The notes: generated from the letters alone by a model not told the origin. A stretch of DNA of 64,000 bases from Leucoraja ocellata (GCA_036785375.1 JAWMAR010000421.1:248001-312000); one strand, 5' to 3'. Positions 1 through 14,313 are shown, counted from the stretch's first letter. Translations and numbers: made by a program.

Positions 1-33
1 CCAGAGCCGTCCTCGGGAGGACAGCGCCTGGCG

Positions 34-38
34 ATGGG
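34..38 (+). CDS. HOMER2: HOMER2 coding exon 1 (ATG GG)
   Basis: gcgATGGG followed by consensus donor GTGAGT in a CpG-rich start; phase 2 fits exon 2; Homer genes have a 5-nt first coding segment. Confidence 0.8.
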
Positions 39-3000
39 GTGAGTCCGGGGCTCCTGTCCGGAGACAGGGAGAGATTTTGGCGGAGAAACGTGGTCCGGGA
101 GAGAGCGGTCAGCGCCGAGTGTGGACGGGAAATGCGAGTAGCGCCGAGGGAGCGCCGCGCTGCCGGCATGACTGTTGAGGGAGCCCCGGCTGTCGGGGGG
201 AGATCGGGCTCTTATTAAGGGACGAGGCAGTGTTGAGGGAGCTGCGCTTTATGGGGGTACAATGTTGAGGGAGTACCATGGTCGGAGCCAAAGATCCTTG
301 CTATAGGATCTTTGGTCGTAGCGACTGGTGAGGGAGCGCCAAATATTCCCGAGAGGGGGAGGTGGAGGGGAGGGGAGGTCAGTGTCGAGGGAGTGCCGTG
401 AAGTGGGAGAAGAGGTGTCAAGAGCAAGAGAGTGCCATGATCTTTGGTGCCATGTATTATCGCGAATGGTGTGGAGGGAGCGCCGCGGCGAGGGGGATCT
501 CCTCAGCCTAGTAGACTTTGCGAACTTGTCTGCCTCCTTTCCCCATCCTACAACCCCATCTGCACTCTCTCCCCCCCCCCCCCCATCCCGCACTCCCCCC
601 CCCCCCCCCCCCAATCCCACACTATCCCCCCCCCATCCCGCACTCCCCCCCCCCCCCCCCCCATCCCGCACCCAGCGTCCGGCCGATGCTAATGTTGTGT
701 TGTTTCATTGAGCTGTGGGGTTTGAAGCCGCCTCAGTATTGTGACATCATATAATTATATCTGTGGAGCTGTTCAAGTGTTGGTTGCTAAAAATATTCTC
801 CTCAATTAACTGACAATGAACGTTTGCCATCCAGCCCAGGCTCCTTCTCTGGAGGTGGTTCGGAAAACATGGGCAGCCGAATGGTAAAAATGGCTCTGGT
901 TTATTTAGAGGGGGAAAAATGGACTTCTGCGCCATTCGTGCCGGTATTTGCTGCTGTCTGGAGAACTTTATTCTGGTGACCGTCGTGTTGTGACGTCTTC
1001 CTTCAACAGGTTGTCTTTCTGACTTCACTCAATGGGATGCCCCCGGCGGCAGAAGGCACTTTATTCCCCACCCCCTGTTTACAGACAGCCTGGATCTCTT
1101 CACCCACGCTCGGTGGTGGGCTGTGGCAAGATATGTCTCCCACCCCCCCTATCCATCCTCCCCCAACCCCACCCCCTCCCCCCACTCCCCCACCCACTCC
1201 TCCCCCCACTCCCCCACCCACCCCACCCACTCCTCTCCCCACCCCCTCCCCCCACTCCTCCCCCCACTCCCCCACCCACCCCACCCACTCCTCCCCCCAC
1301 CCCACCCCCTCCACCCACTCCTCCCCCCACTCCCCCACCCACCCCTCACTCCTCACCACCTTAACTTTATAGCGACTATTTTAAAACCCCGGGTCGAAGC
1401 TGCTTTTGGATATGTTTTGATTGCCGAGAGGTACAGTGAACGTCAGAAATAGATTGAGTCCGGGAGGCAGATTTTGTTCCATATCAGTTTATTTTTTACA
1501 GTAGTATCTGTTTTTGTTTGCTGCAGTCTCCCGTGCTGCTTCCAGTCCAACCTCCTACACTTTGAACGTGAACAATGCCTCGTTAAATGAGGGTTCTAAC
1601 AGTCTTACCCAGGTGGTACATGTTTCTGGATTGGCAGAAAAGCAGAGACAAATTGGGCCGCGCCTGATCCAAGAACAGGAACATTTGTTCTGTGCAGTGA
1701 GACCCCGCTGTGAAGGCTTCACTCGCGAACGCGACACATCAGATTCCACATTCAACCCAGGTTCACGTCCGATGGGAGGCAGGGAAGTGTCGAGCCGGGA
1801 GCAGAGGCGGTGTGTTCCCCGCGGGTGGGTTCGCCGTGTGTGAGGGGGAGTAAGAGGAGGTTCCCCCAGGGGCAAGTGCAGGAAGATGGTGGAGTGGTAG
1901 AGGGGTTTCCCTGGGGGGGAGTGGAGATGGGGTGACCCCAACATACTGACGTCACCGTTTGCCACAGAGACGACAAACAGCACTGGATCCTAACCTTGGG
2001 AACCCAGTCCCAGCAACTCCCGCGAATATAACAACAGAAACAAACACATTCCTTGTAATTCCCGGGTTTCCAGAACTCTATTTTTGAAATAAGGGATGGG
2101 ATTGTCAGGCTGAAGCGTCGCGGACTGCGTTCATTGGGCTGCCCGCTCAGGTTAATGTCATTCCTCCCTCTCTCCCACCCCCGTCAGCAAGGGAACGACC
2201 CGCCCACCTGCATCTGAACTGACAACTGGCTGCGTTAACCCTTCAACCACCAACGTCTCCCCACTAGGCAACTGACCAGTTTACCAACCAGTCATTAATT
2301 CATCTCCTTTACAGATAGTCTTGCTATTCGGTTCATTTTGTTTTTAGAGGTCGGGCTGTGTTTGAATTGACTCCTGTCGCTACAGCTCAGATGGGCCCGG
2401 CATGCATCAGGGAACCACTTCCTCCCATTGCCTCCACAGTACTCCCCTAGGCAGAGGAAGATTTAAAACTATTCCACCCAATCTGGTTCTGTTTAACTCA
2501 TTGTGTCCAGAGATTAAGGGATTAGAGTCATAATAGGAGATGAGGAGGACATTCTTTAGTCAGGGGGTGGTGAATCTGTGGAATTTATTACCACAGACGG
2601 CTGTGGAGGCTGTTAATGGACATTTTTAAGGCGGAGATGGACATATTATTGAGAGTAAGGGTGTTGGGTTATGGGGGGAAAAGGCAGGAGAATGGGGTTG
2701 AGAGGGGAATATAGATCAGTCATGATTGAATGGTGTAGATGTGATCGGCCGAATGGCCTAACTGTGCTCCTAGAACTTAAGAACATATCCATATATCATG
2801 AACATTGACTCCTCCAATTTCAGGTAGTCCATGCTTTCTCCCTCCTTCCACTCCCCTCCCAACTCTCCCACAGCCTACTGTCTCTTCCTTTCTTTTTCCC
2901 GCCCCCCCCCCCCCACCCCCCATCAGTCTGAAGAAGGGTCTCGACCCGAAACGTCGCCTACTCCTTCGCTCCATAGAAGCTGCCTCACCCGCGGAGTTTC

Positions 3001-6000
3001 TCCAGCATTTTTGTCTACCTTCGATTTTTCCAGCATCTGTAGTTCTTTCTTAAACATATACCTGCCCCAATGTCTTTTAAATGTTGTTATTGCACCTGCC
3101 TCAGCTATTTGCTCTGGCACCTCCTTCCATATACCACAACCTGGATTCTAAACACTCAACCCCAGGATTTGTGGACTTGTCCCTCCCTCTCCCACTGGCA
3201 GTCCCACAAGCTCTGGTTTCTCTCTAAAGGTAGACAATTTGCCATTGTGGCTGTGCCTTCAGCTGCCAAGGCTGAGCTCGGAGCCTCTCTCATTTTAAGA
3301 AGTTCCTTAAAACCAGCCTGTTTGCCCAGAGTTGCTGTGGCTTGGTGTCAGATGAATCATGTCAGTAGGACACCATCTGTCCCTTAATGATCCCCGTGTG
3401 GTGTAAGGAAGAATGTCTGCACCTTTGGTCGACACATCTCCTGCCATGTTATCAGTAAGGTTGAACACTCTTGGATTATAACACCTCTATTTGCTTCCAA
3501 GAAAATCATTGCCTTGTTACCAGGTCAGCTAGTTCTTGTGTTAATGGAGGGAACTGATTTGGAGGAATGTTAGATTCTGAGCTGCCTCCTGGCACCAGGT
3601 CAGAGCTGCTGCCTCCTGTTGTCAGGCTTTTGATCACAGCTCAATGTCCCAGAGCAGTTCAGTAGAGAGTCAATGTTATTTATAGAGAACATGCCATCGG
3701 CTGCTGCTTTGTGTGCAACGGTGATGCAGCTGTGAGCTGGAGGACTGTTGGCGGGCAGTCACGGGCAGGATCCTCCCTTCTCCCTCCCCTCCCTCCCTCC
3801 CTCCCAATCTGTTCCTTCTCTGACCTTGAAACTCCAAAACTGTTTGAACTTGGCAGCCTCAGGGAGGCTGTCTGTGCCATTGTATGTTCTGTGTGCTATC
3901 TACAAATTAGGCTCCTGTAGCAACCAGTGCTGCCATTCTAGCCTCACTGTGGGAAGGGGTGAATTTGATCTGGATGGATGCAGCTGGTGATTTCAGATGG
4001 ATTAGTCGGGCAGTGGTGAGCAGACTCTGCCAGGGACAACTGCCAGCTCCTTGTACACTGGGTTAGGGGGATGGCATGAATGCTAGTCTGTTGTCAGTGT
4101 GGACCATGAGGTCCAGAGTGGATCATCTTTATCACAGAGCCTTGGTGTACCTGGGTCCAGCCATCTCACTCAAGTTTCTGGCATCTGTTCTGCTGTCATT
4201 CTCTTGCGCCCAAAATGGTCCCAGATACGAAATGCCAAGATCATTAATTTTGGGGATTTTCTGTAGCGCTGTCACCTGGAGCAGATGACCCAGTGCATCA
4301 TACTATTCCTGTCTTCATACTTGGATACTGAAAGCAGCAGTGCGCTTACTGCAGGCTCAGTATGTCACAGGAATCGGAGCAATGGATCAGTCCAGCATGA
4401 CAACACTTACTTATCATTGGCTCTGCAAACTGTTTAATGCCATAGCCAGTCATTAGTGGGTTCCTGCTGGGCAGTATGTGGCGCTGATGGATTCTGTAGT
4501 TCAGGCCTGCCCTGGCGATTTAATCTGAACGTAGACCAAAGTGCTGAAGAAACTCAGCGGGTGCGGCAGCATCTATGGAACTCCCGCACCTGCTGAGTTT
4601 CTCCAGCACTTTTGTCTACCTTCGATTTTCCAGCATCTGCAGTTCCTTCTTAAACATATAATCTGAACACCAGGTTTAACGAACAATCCATACTCCCTCC
4701 TTCCCAACACGTTTGATTGGAAATAGCAAAAACAAAACTAAAAGCATTGACCTTTTTGAAGGTCTAGGCTTTGGTATGTGAACTTCTGACTAACTATTCT
4801 GCTCTCACCTGCACAGTTGGAGAGAGAGAGGTTAGCAGAAATTAGGTCAAAAAGCCAATGGCAGATCGCTTCTTAAAGTCCCCGTTGGTGCTGTTTCGGG
4901 CATCACCTGTGGGCAGTCATTGCCTAACATCTCCTACCACGCCTTATGCCTACTGTTCAGCAAAGTATGACGTGGTCCAGCTGATCTCCCACGGTTCAGG
5001 TGGACTGTTTACTGGCTGAATCCCTGCTTAAATAGTTCCAATACCACTAGGAATGGACCTTTGAACTGGGATTTCCGATGAGATAAACAAACCCTGCATT
5101 TAGATACTGAGATCATTTAACAGACAAACGAGGCAAGTCTCTGCAACCTTCTGCTGAGAGTTTGGAACAGATCTCACACCCAGTGTCCAGTCCAGCCTTG
5201 ATCAAAAACAAAGCAAAAAACATTGAACTTTTTTTGTGGATTTAGTGTTTTTGTGTTGATTGCTGTCCAAAGTACGTCACCAGCTCAACTGAATGGTTTA
5301 CACAAGGTTAATAAGTCTTTTGTACACATATCCCTGGTATGTTAGTCACAAGGTGTTTGGAGAATGTCGTTCATGATGCAGCCATTGAGCTGTGGAGCCC
5401 GGTGAATGTCGATGGGTGGAATGAGGAGGATTTGAAGGGAAGACAGAGGTTGTGGGAATGGAGCGAGATGTCAAGGACATCGAAGGAGGAAGAGTCATAT
5501 TCTTACCCTCAAAGTTTCTCTGAGTTATTGAACTTGATTCACCGCTGGACAATATTGGGAGCTAATATCAAGGCTGTCAGCAACCTTGTCATACCATGAC
5601 TTTGGGCTGACCTGCTTTTACAGAGGGTGTGTGGCAATTAATACATCGCATCTCTCTGTTTGCAGTATCCCCGTACACAGACGTACCTCCTCTTCAATAG
5701 ATGCTCCTTGCTCTCGATTGCCAGAACCTCCCTTGTGCCCCTTTCCCAATTACATGACACTTGACAGCAGCACCAGGTCTGAGGTGGTTACAGCCCAGAC
5801 TCTCAGTCTGACACCTCGCCAGGATCTGTGCATCTCCAGCAATGGGGTCAGAGTCGTACAACACAGAACCCCTTCAGCCTGCCAAGGCCATGCTGTTCTT
5901 TTTGTGCATTTCCATTCATCCAATTTGTTGGCATTAGATGCATACCTTGATCCACAGCAGTAAGATTCCATTCAGTTGAGCTGGTGATGTACTTTAGACA

Positions 6001-9000
6001 GCAATCAACACAAAAACACTAAATCCACAAAAGAAACTCCATGTTTTTAGCTTTGTTTTTGATCAAGGCTGACTAGACACTGGGTGCGAGATCTGTTCCA
6101 AACTCTCAGCAGAAGGTTGCAGGAACTCACCTTGTTTGTCTGTTAATGATCTCAGTATCTTAATGCAGGGTTTGTTCATCTCATTGGAAATCCTAGTTCA
6201 AAGTCGTTCCTAGGTCCTTGGGAGTTCCTAGAATTAAACCTACTGAAGATAAATGACCACCTATATATTTCCAAGTAAGGATGATGAATGACTTGGAAGG
6301 TAGCTACAGGGAATGATTGTCCTTGTACCAACTGCCCTTGTCTTTGGTGGCTGAGCTTATAGGTTTGAGATGTGGAGTCAGAGGCACCTAAACAAGGAAC
6401 TGCAGTGCATTTTGTAGAAATGCCACAGATGACAACCATGGTGTGTTGGTGAAGAAGAGAATGAATCTTTCGAGTCATTGTGGTTTGTTCTGCTTGGTGT
6501 TGAGCTTTGAGAAATTTGGGGCAGATTCCATCCTGGACTCCATCCTCCATAACTGGAGCGTATTCCACCACACTTCTGCTCCTCCCTCACTCCCTGACAT
6601 CTTCTGTCCCAACTGGCAGAGTGGGCAAGCTCCAAGTCCCAGTAACCTTCCCTCCCTCCTGTCTCCCTGCATCAATAATTCACAGCACAGCTCGCAAGGT
6701 GATCTGATCCCGTCTCTGAATTATTCACTTGGTTGCTCGCCTTGGTGAGGGGGGAAGGGGGGGGGTGGCTTCCATTTAAATCCTTCCTCTGGCTTCACTT
6801 TTTATCTCGCTGCCTTCTGTCTTTTTCATCTCTAAGCTTTGTCCACCCAACAACCAACACAACCCCTCTCAACTGTATCCTCCTATCGCTTGCCAGGCTT
6901 GAATAAAGCCTGCCCCCATTTCCTTTACGTTCCGTGAGCACCTGTGTAAGTCCGATTTTACAAGTCGGAATCATCATCCCTATCTCCTGCCCGAAATAAC
7001 GCACTGAGTCTGAAGAAGGGTCTCGACCCAAAACACCACTTGTCCAGCTTCTCCAGTGATGCTTGCTGAGTTACCCCAGCACTTTGTGTCCATCACTGGG
7101 GGCATTAACTCTCTCAACTGCACCCAGGGGCACTTTCTGCAGCACGAGGCCTTCTGGGTAAGCACTGCCGCCATTGCCGGCTTGTTTCCAATATAAACTT
7201 GAGTGATCATTGTGTTGTGGAAATTACAAACTGCCTTGATTGCACTGAGTACAGAATTTTTAACGTATGTGCGCGTTTACGTAACAGACAATGGAGGACT
7301 CGGTGTGTGGGGAGGAGGGGGGGGACAAAGGGGGACCTGGCATGGGGTGTGATTTGTAACTTTGTAAGCAACCTTTATGGGTGACTATTTGCAAACCTTG
7401 GTTATGCAAGCAAAGAATTCAATTCAATGTAAGTTGCCTATTGCGCAAGTTTGGTTGTATCTGTATTTGCATCTCATCTGTTGTTGACTCAGTGGTGACC
7501 TCCTTCTCCCACTCCATTCCAGCGAGCAGCCGATCTTCACCAGCAAAGCTCATGTCTTCCAGATCGACCCCACCACCAAGAGGAACTGGCTGCCCTCCGG
7601 CAAATACCCGCTCACCGTCTCATACTTCTACGATGGATCGAGGAACAGTTATCGCATCATCAGCGTGGACGGAGCCAAGGTCAGGGGTCAGAGGCAACAA
7701 GGGGCCATGGGTTGGCGGCATGGCGGGTGGCTGGACTGGGAAAACGGGTGGGAGAATGTGGAGAGATGGAGAATGGGGGCGAGGGTGGGGGAGAATCAAC
7801 AGGGCTGAGGAGGCAGGACAGAGGCACACAAACTGAGAGATGCTTTCACCTGCAGTTGATGTCTGAGTGGACAGGTTTGGTAACAGCTGGAGGAAAGTGG
7901 CAGAGGTTGGAGGAGGGGTGGTTGCTGCATTGGGGGCACGCCCAATAGAAGTGGGGCCTGCAAGGGGGGGGGGGGGGGGGGAGAAGGATTGGACTTGAGT
8001 GTAAAGGGAAAGACAGAGGAACAACAGGGGTCAAGGGACATTGGGAGTGAGGTTAAGGGGCCATAGAGGGGTGGGACAAGGTGCGTAAAGTCCAGAGTGA
8101 GGATGAATGATCTGGAAGGATGAGAGTGGCCTTGGAGGTTGAGACAGAGGGTGGGTAATAGGCCAGGTCCAGGGCAGGTGGGAGGCTCCGTAGAATGAAA
8201 GAGGCCTGAGTTGTGGCATTGGAAGCAACAGCGGGGGTAGAATGACGGTGATGCTGAGGATAGTGTTGAAGGAACCCGGGAGAGGCTTTTACCTTGAATG
8301 CAATTGGACTGGATGGCTAGGAATAAGGTATCTTTTGCTGTGTTGCCATGGTTACATCATTTTGCATGCTGATATCTCGGAGCTAAAACAGGCTCTGAAG
8401 TGTGTGTGATTTTTGTGGGGGTGTCACAGACCATGGATATAATCTCAGAACAAACATTTCACGCTAAGCCTCTACTGCTTATTGACTGCATTCCCTTTAC
8501 TATGACAATAGACAATAGGTGCAGGAGTAGGCCATTTGGCCCTTCGAGCAAGCACCACCATTCAATGTGATCATGGCTGATCATCCCCAATCAGTACCCC
8601 GTTCCTGCCTTCTCCCCATATCCCCTGAATCCCCTATCTAGCTCTCTCTTGAAAGCATCCAGAGAACCTGCCTCCACCGCCCTCTGAGGCAGAGAATTTA
8701 ACAGGTTAGAGTGCGAAAGTGGGCCTTTCAGCCCATCAAATCAATACCAGCCATATCCTTTACCACACCCCTGCAAATCCTCTCCTTGCTAAGACTAATC
8801 AGCTCCTTCTGGGACACTATATTTGGACCCACCTCTCTGTGGCAGATTCCAGACTCCAACAAGTCAAGTTTATAATCATATGCATAAGTACAGTGAGGTA
8901 CAGGTAAATGAAAATCAAGCTTGCAGCAGCATTACTGGCATATAGACTCGGACCACACAATACACATAAATTAAATATCATTTACACCATTTCTGTAAGA

Positions 9001-12000
9001 CATTTTTGAAAGAAACTCGTTTCAACCAACGTCTTGTTTTTTTGCATAATTATTTTCAAACACTGTGGTTGTGCAACAGATCGCCCATAGTGTTCTGTTG
9101 CTGAGATAGGATTAATGTTGTGCAAACCAGTCAAAACCGAATGGTAGTAGGGATGTAGTTGTTCCTGGTGATGTGGAACTTCAGGCATCTTGCAGTGGTG
9201 TTGGTTTATTATTGCCATGTGTATTGAGATACAGTGGAATAACTTTGTTTTGCATGTTATCTTGGCATATCATGCCATGCATGAGCACAAGTGGTAGAGC
9301 AGAAGTGAAAATAAATAAGAGTATAAAATATATGGGGGGAGATTAGCCCAGCTGGTGGATCTACTGCCTCGCAGATCAATCCTGACCTCGGGTGCTATCT
9401 GTGACGTCTGCCTGTTCTCCCTGTGACCACGTGTATTTTTGCCGGGAGTCATAGAGTGATACAATGTGGAAACAGGCCCTTCAGCCCAACTTGCCCATAC
9501 CGGCCAACATGTCCCAGCTACGCTAGTTCCACTGGTCCATATCCTATCCATGTACCTTGTCTAACTGTTTCTTAAACGTTGGGATACTTCCAGCCTCAAC
9601 TACCTCCTCTGGCAGCTTGTTCCATACACCCACCATCCTTTGTGTGAAACAGTTACCCCTCAGATTGCTATATAATCTTTCCCCCTTCACCATAAACCTG
9701 TGTGCTCTGGTCCTCGATTCTCCCTCTGGACAAAAGATTCTGTGTATCTACCCAATTTATTCCTCTCATGATTTTATACATCTCTAAAAGATCACCCCTC
9801 ATCCTCCTGCACTCCAAGGAATAGAAATCAGCCTACTTGACCTCTCCCCATAGCTCAGTAGAGAGAATGATGGAGTTATGAGCGATCTTTGCTAATGTAT
9901 TCTGAGGTCACATGAACTATATTATCCATGGCATTAACATAAATGACAAGAACAGTGGATGGTACCAATCCCTGGGGCATATTGTTGGCCACAAGCCTCC
10001 AATCCGGAAAACAATCCATCACTACCATCTTCTGGCTTTTTCCACCAAGACAATGTTGTATTTAATTGGCTAGCTCACCCTGGATCCCATGTGATCTAAC
10101 CTTTTAGACCAGCCTACCATGTGAGATCCTGTCAAAAGCCTTGCTGTAGACCTGCCCTCATCATTGAGACACAACACAAGCTAGTCCCATTTGGCCCATA
10201 TCCCTCCAAACCTTTCCTATCTATGTACCTTCCAAATGTCTTTTAAATGTTGTTATTGTACCTGCCCCAACTCTCTCCTCTGACAGCGCATCCCATACAC
10301 CCACCAACCTCTGTCTGAATTAGAACAGGATCAATTATTTTGGTCACTGTTTTTAAAAATAAACCCAAAGTCATGAGGCACAATTTCCTACACAGAAAGC
10401 CACGTTGAATGCCCCCCTAATCAGTCCTTGTTGTTCCAAATGCACAAAGTTCCTGTCTCTCAGATTCCCCTCCAGTAACTTGCCCACCATGGAAGTAAGA
10501 CTCACCAGTCTGCAGCTCCCAGACATTTCCTTACAGCCCTTCTTAAATAAAGGGGCACTATTAGCCAATTTCCAGTCTTACAGAACTTCTTGTGGCTAAA
10601 GAAATGTAAATATCTCTGCTAGGCCTCGACCTTCCCACAATGTTCCAGGTTGGTGCACCAGGGATTCATCCATCATTATGTGCTTTAAGACTGCCAGCAC
10701 CAAAGATCATAGAGCTCCGCTCTATAATCTTTGGCCAGCACCACCTTTTTTTAATGTGGACACGTTTCAAGACACAATCACAATACACTTCCCTGGATTC
10801 CCTTCCTTCCACGACCTTCACTGCAGTAAATACTGATGAGAAATATCCATTTAAAACCTTGCCCATTTCCAGTGGCTCCAGAAAGATGAGAGGGGAAAGA
10901 TTTGAAAGAAACCGGAGAGGTAGTTTCTTCACACAGATGGTAGTTTGCATGTAGAATGAGCTGCCAAAAGAACATGTAGACGCAGGTATGTTGTCGACAT
11001 TTAAACAGGTGCATGTCTGTATGACTCTGAGGCGTGGATGTATACTATGCACATATTTGTTCCCCTTGCATTTTGCTTTTAAAGTATTTAATTTTTGTTG
11101 GCTTCTCCACTGCCTTATCTGACAAATATGTACCCTCTTTGCTCTCCTAATTTCACTCTTAAGCATGTTCGTACAATCCCTATACTCAAGGGATTTGCAT
11201 GAGCATAGTTGCCAATATTTAGCAGTGCACCTTTTTCCTCATTAGAGCTTCAATGCCTCTCATCAACCAAGGTTCTCAAATCCTGCTACTCTGACAGTTG
11301 CATGCTGGCCCTGAATTCCCCCTAGCTCACTCTTAAAAGTCTCCCTCTAGCCAGAATTTTTATAACCTTCTAATGGCCTAAAAAAACAACCTGTTCCAGT
11401 CAAATGCCATCAAAATTAGCTCCTCAAAAGAATTGTCAGATTTATGTGATGTGATTTTCCCCATCGCAAAGCCATGCTGACTATCCCTTATCAGTCCCTG
11501 TCTTTCCAAATGTATGTATATCCTGTCAGTTAGAAATTTCTCCCCAAGAATTTCACCACTGGCCTGTAGTGACCCAGTCTGCTGCCTTTAAATTAAAGAA
11601 AAGACTATCCTAGACTGGGTATAGATGGGATTTACTCATCTTGTCACGTGGCCCATTAAGGAAGAATGACCATAATATGACAGACTGGAAAGTGTAGAAG
11701 TTCAATCCAAAACTAGGATCCTAAATATAAACAGAGGGAAGTACAGATGAATGAATTGGCTGTGATGGGGTTGGGAGGTTCATTGGAAAGTAATGACAGT
11801 GGAAGAGCAATAATTAATGTTTAAGGAATCAATGCAGGAACTGAAACAGTCATACATTCCTGACTGGTATTGAAAATATTTTTAAATAACTCAACCATGC
11901 TGAACAAAAGTAGTTAATGATAGTGTGTAAGGAGGAACTGCAGATGCTGGATTAGTATTGGATCTAATCAGGAGTGAGACCTGATTGCCGAACAAAGGAG

Positions 12001-14280
12001 AAAGTGAGCCTCGGGTAGTTTAGATTTCAGCAAAGGACGGAGAAACTGTTCCATTAAAATAAAAATACTGTATAAAAGTAGCAGGGAACATAAAAGTGGA
12101 TGTATACGGTTTGAAAAAAATGAAGGGGAATAAGGGAGTGACAGAGCAATTAAATATATACAATAGTTCTAGCACCATGGAAAAGGAAGTAACCAACCTT
12201 CCGGAGATGTTATTGAATAAGAATTTAATCAAGCTGATGAAATGGAGGAAATTGTATTAATAAGTGTACGAGTCTTAAAGCTGATAAACCCCCAGACCCT
12301 GATGATCTACATCCCAGAAAACAGAAGGAGGCAGGGTGGAGGTGTGGATGAGGAATTCTATAGATTCTGGAACAGTCCCCACTGTTTGATGGCTGGCAAA
12401 TGTAATGGACCAATGTGGGAGGAAACCCCCACAGGCACTGGGAGACTATACATGGACAGCACCGAAGGTCAGAAATGAACTCGGCTCCTGGATTATGAGA
12501 GAGTGGCGCTACTTGTTACCTGCTGCAGCTGTTGTAAGGGAAGGATGTATAATGTAAGTGGTGTTAGATTGGGAAGCATTGATGGACAGACCTTGTTTAC
12601 CAGACTCGAGAAGCAAACATAGGTATAGTAAGTAGTTAAATAGGGAACAGATATGTCGGCCTTCACTGCAAGGTGACTTGAGTCCAGGAGCAAGGACATC
12701 TCACAATCTCACCAAGATCTCTGGTATAGTACTCAGTTTTGGTTAGCTCACCTAAGACAGGAAATACCTGCCACAGAGAGATTGCCCAGAAGGTTCTGAC
12801 TCCTGGGATGGCAGCATTGTAGCTCTGAGCAGAGACAGAACTGATTGGGTTTATATTCACAGGAGTTAAGAATGAAGGGGAATCTGATTGAAAATTACAA
12901 AATCCATTAAAAACATTTTAAAGATATTTTGACAGGTACATGGATAGAAATGGTTTAGAGGGATATAGTCCAAAGGTGGCAGGTGGGACTAGCATAGATG
13001 GGGCATTTTGGTCAGCATGGGCAAGTTGTGCTGAAGGGCTTGATTCCGTGCGGTATAACTCTATTCTGTGTGGCCATGACAGAGAGGGAGGAGGAGAGAA
13101 GATCTTTCCCCTCGTTGGGTGTCTAGAACAAGGGGTGTGTGGCGGGTTATGGGCCTGTGGGTGGGGGGGGCATGAGGTGAGGTGTGGAGACTGTCTTTGT
13201 GAGAAGGATAAGCTATTGAATAAGAGCCGAGTGCGTGTTCCTGCAGGTGGTCGTGAACAGCACCGTCACCCCCAACATGACCTTCAGCAAAACCTCACAG
13301 AAGTTCGGCCAGTGGGCAGACAGCAGAGCGAACACCGTCTTCGGTCTGGGCTTCCCCTCAGAGCTGCAGCTGAGCAAGGTGGGCCCGAGGGAGGAGGGGT
13401 GCACGGGGGGTGGGGTGGGGGAATAGAGGGGAGGGAGGAGGATTACGAGAGGGGGGGGGGGGTGGTGGAGGTTGTGGGGGGAGGGAATCGCAGAAGGTGG
13501 GTGCGAGAGGCCTCTGATCCTTCAACTAACCTCGTGCTGGGCGTGGTGTCTGCACCCCCCCTCCCCCTCCCCCATCACTGTGTTACAGTTCGCCGAGAAG
13601 TTCGAGGAGGTGAAGGAGGCGGCGAGGTTGGCGAGGGACCGCTCACAGGAGACGACAGAGAGTTGCAGCACCCACTCCCAGGTGCCTGACAGAGCTGGGG
13701 GCGGGGAATGCGGGGCTGGTCGGGTCGGGTCGGGTCGGGTCATGGGCCGAGGAGGGACGGCAATAAGCTCAGTAGCTCCGTGGGCAGGTGACAGTCAGTC
13801 AGGATTGGCCCCATACCCCTCTCCCCCTGCAGCGATCATGACACAGCATACTCCCCCCTCCCCACCCCCAAATGCACCTCAGTCATTCCGTTGGAGATAT
13901 TTTTTGGTTCTGATAACAATCTGCTTTTCTATTTCACACTGCTCTCTCTCCGTTTTCAAAGAGGGGCTCTTACTCCAGTAGCCTCAGCGAGGAACTGAGT
14001 GCCTGGGACGCGCCGGGCATGACAGTCCCACCCATTCTGCAGCTTCACGGGCACATTAACACAACAACACAGGGTAACAAGACCAGAAGACTGAAGGATA
14101 TGTTCCTGAGTTGTGGTTTCATCGGTTCTACACTGTTTATTTCAGGAGTCCAGTCATGAGGCCCCAACCTCACCACAAGCATCGAGTGTGAATGGAACCA
14201 ACGATGAGAAAGGCGATGGCCCGTCCACCATTGAATCCCTCCTGAGGAGTAACAACCACCGGATCAAGTGAGTCTGCAGA

Positions 14281-14313
<33 letters not shown>

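Noticed and set aside
140-490. Repeat-spacer pattern suggestive of CRISPR
   Set aside because: Eukaryotic intron; repeats are only ~11 nt and degenerate; no cas genes
109-1452. Many Pro/Gly-rich ORFs on both strands
   Set aside because: Artefacts of C-rich low-complexity repeats in HOMER2 intron 1
12940-13981. 249-aa and 169-aa ORFs
   Set aside because: Chimeras of a CR1 remnant, GC-rich intron and HOMER2 exons; no independent coding evidence
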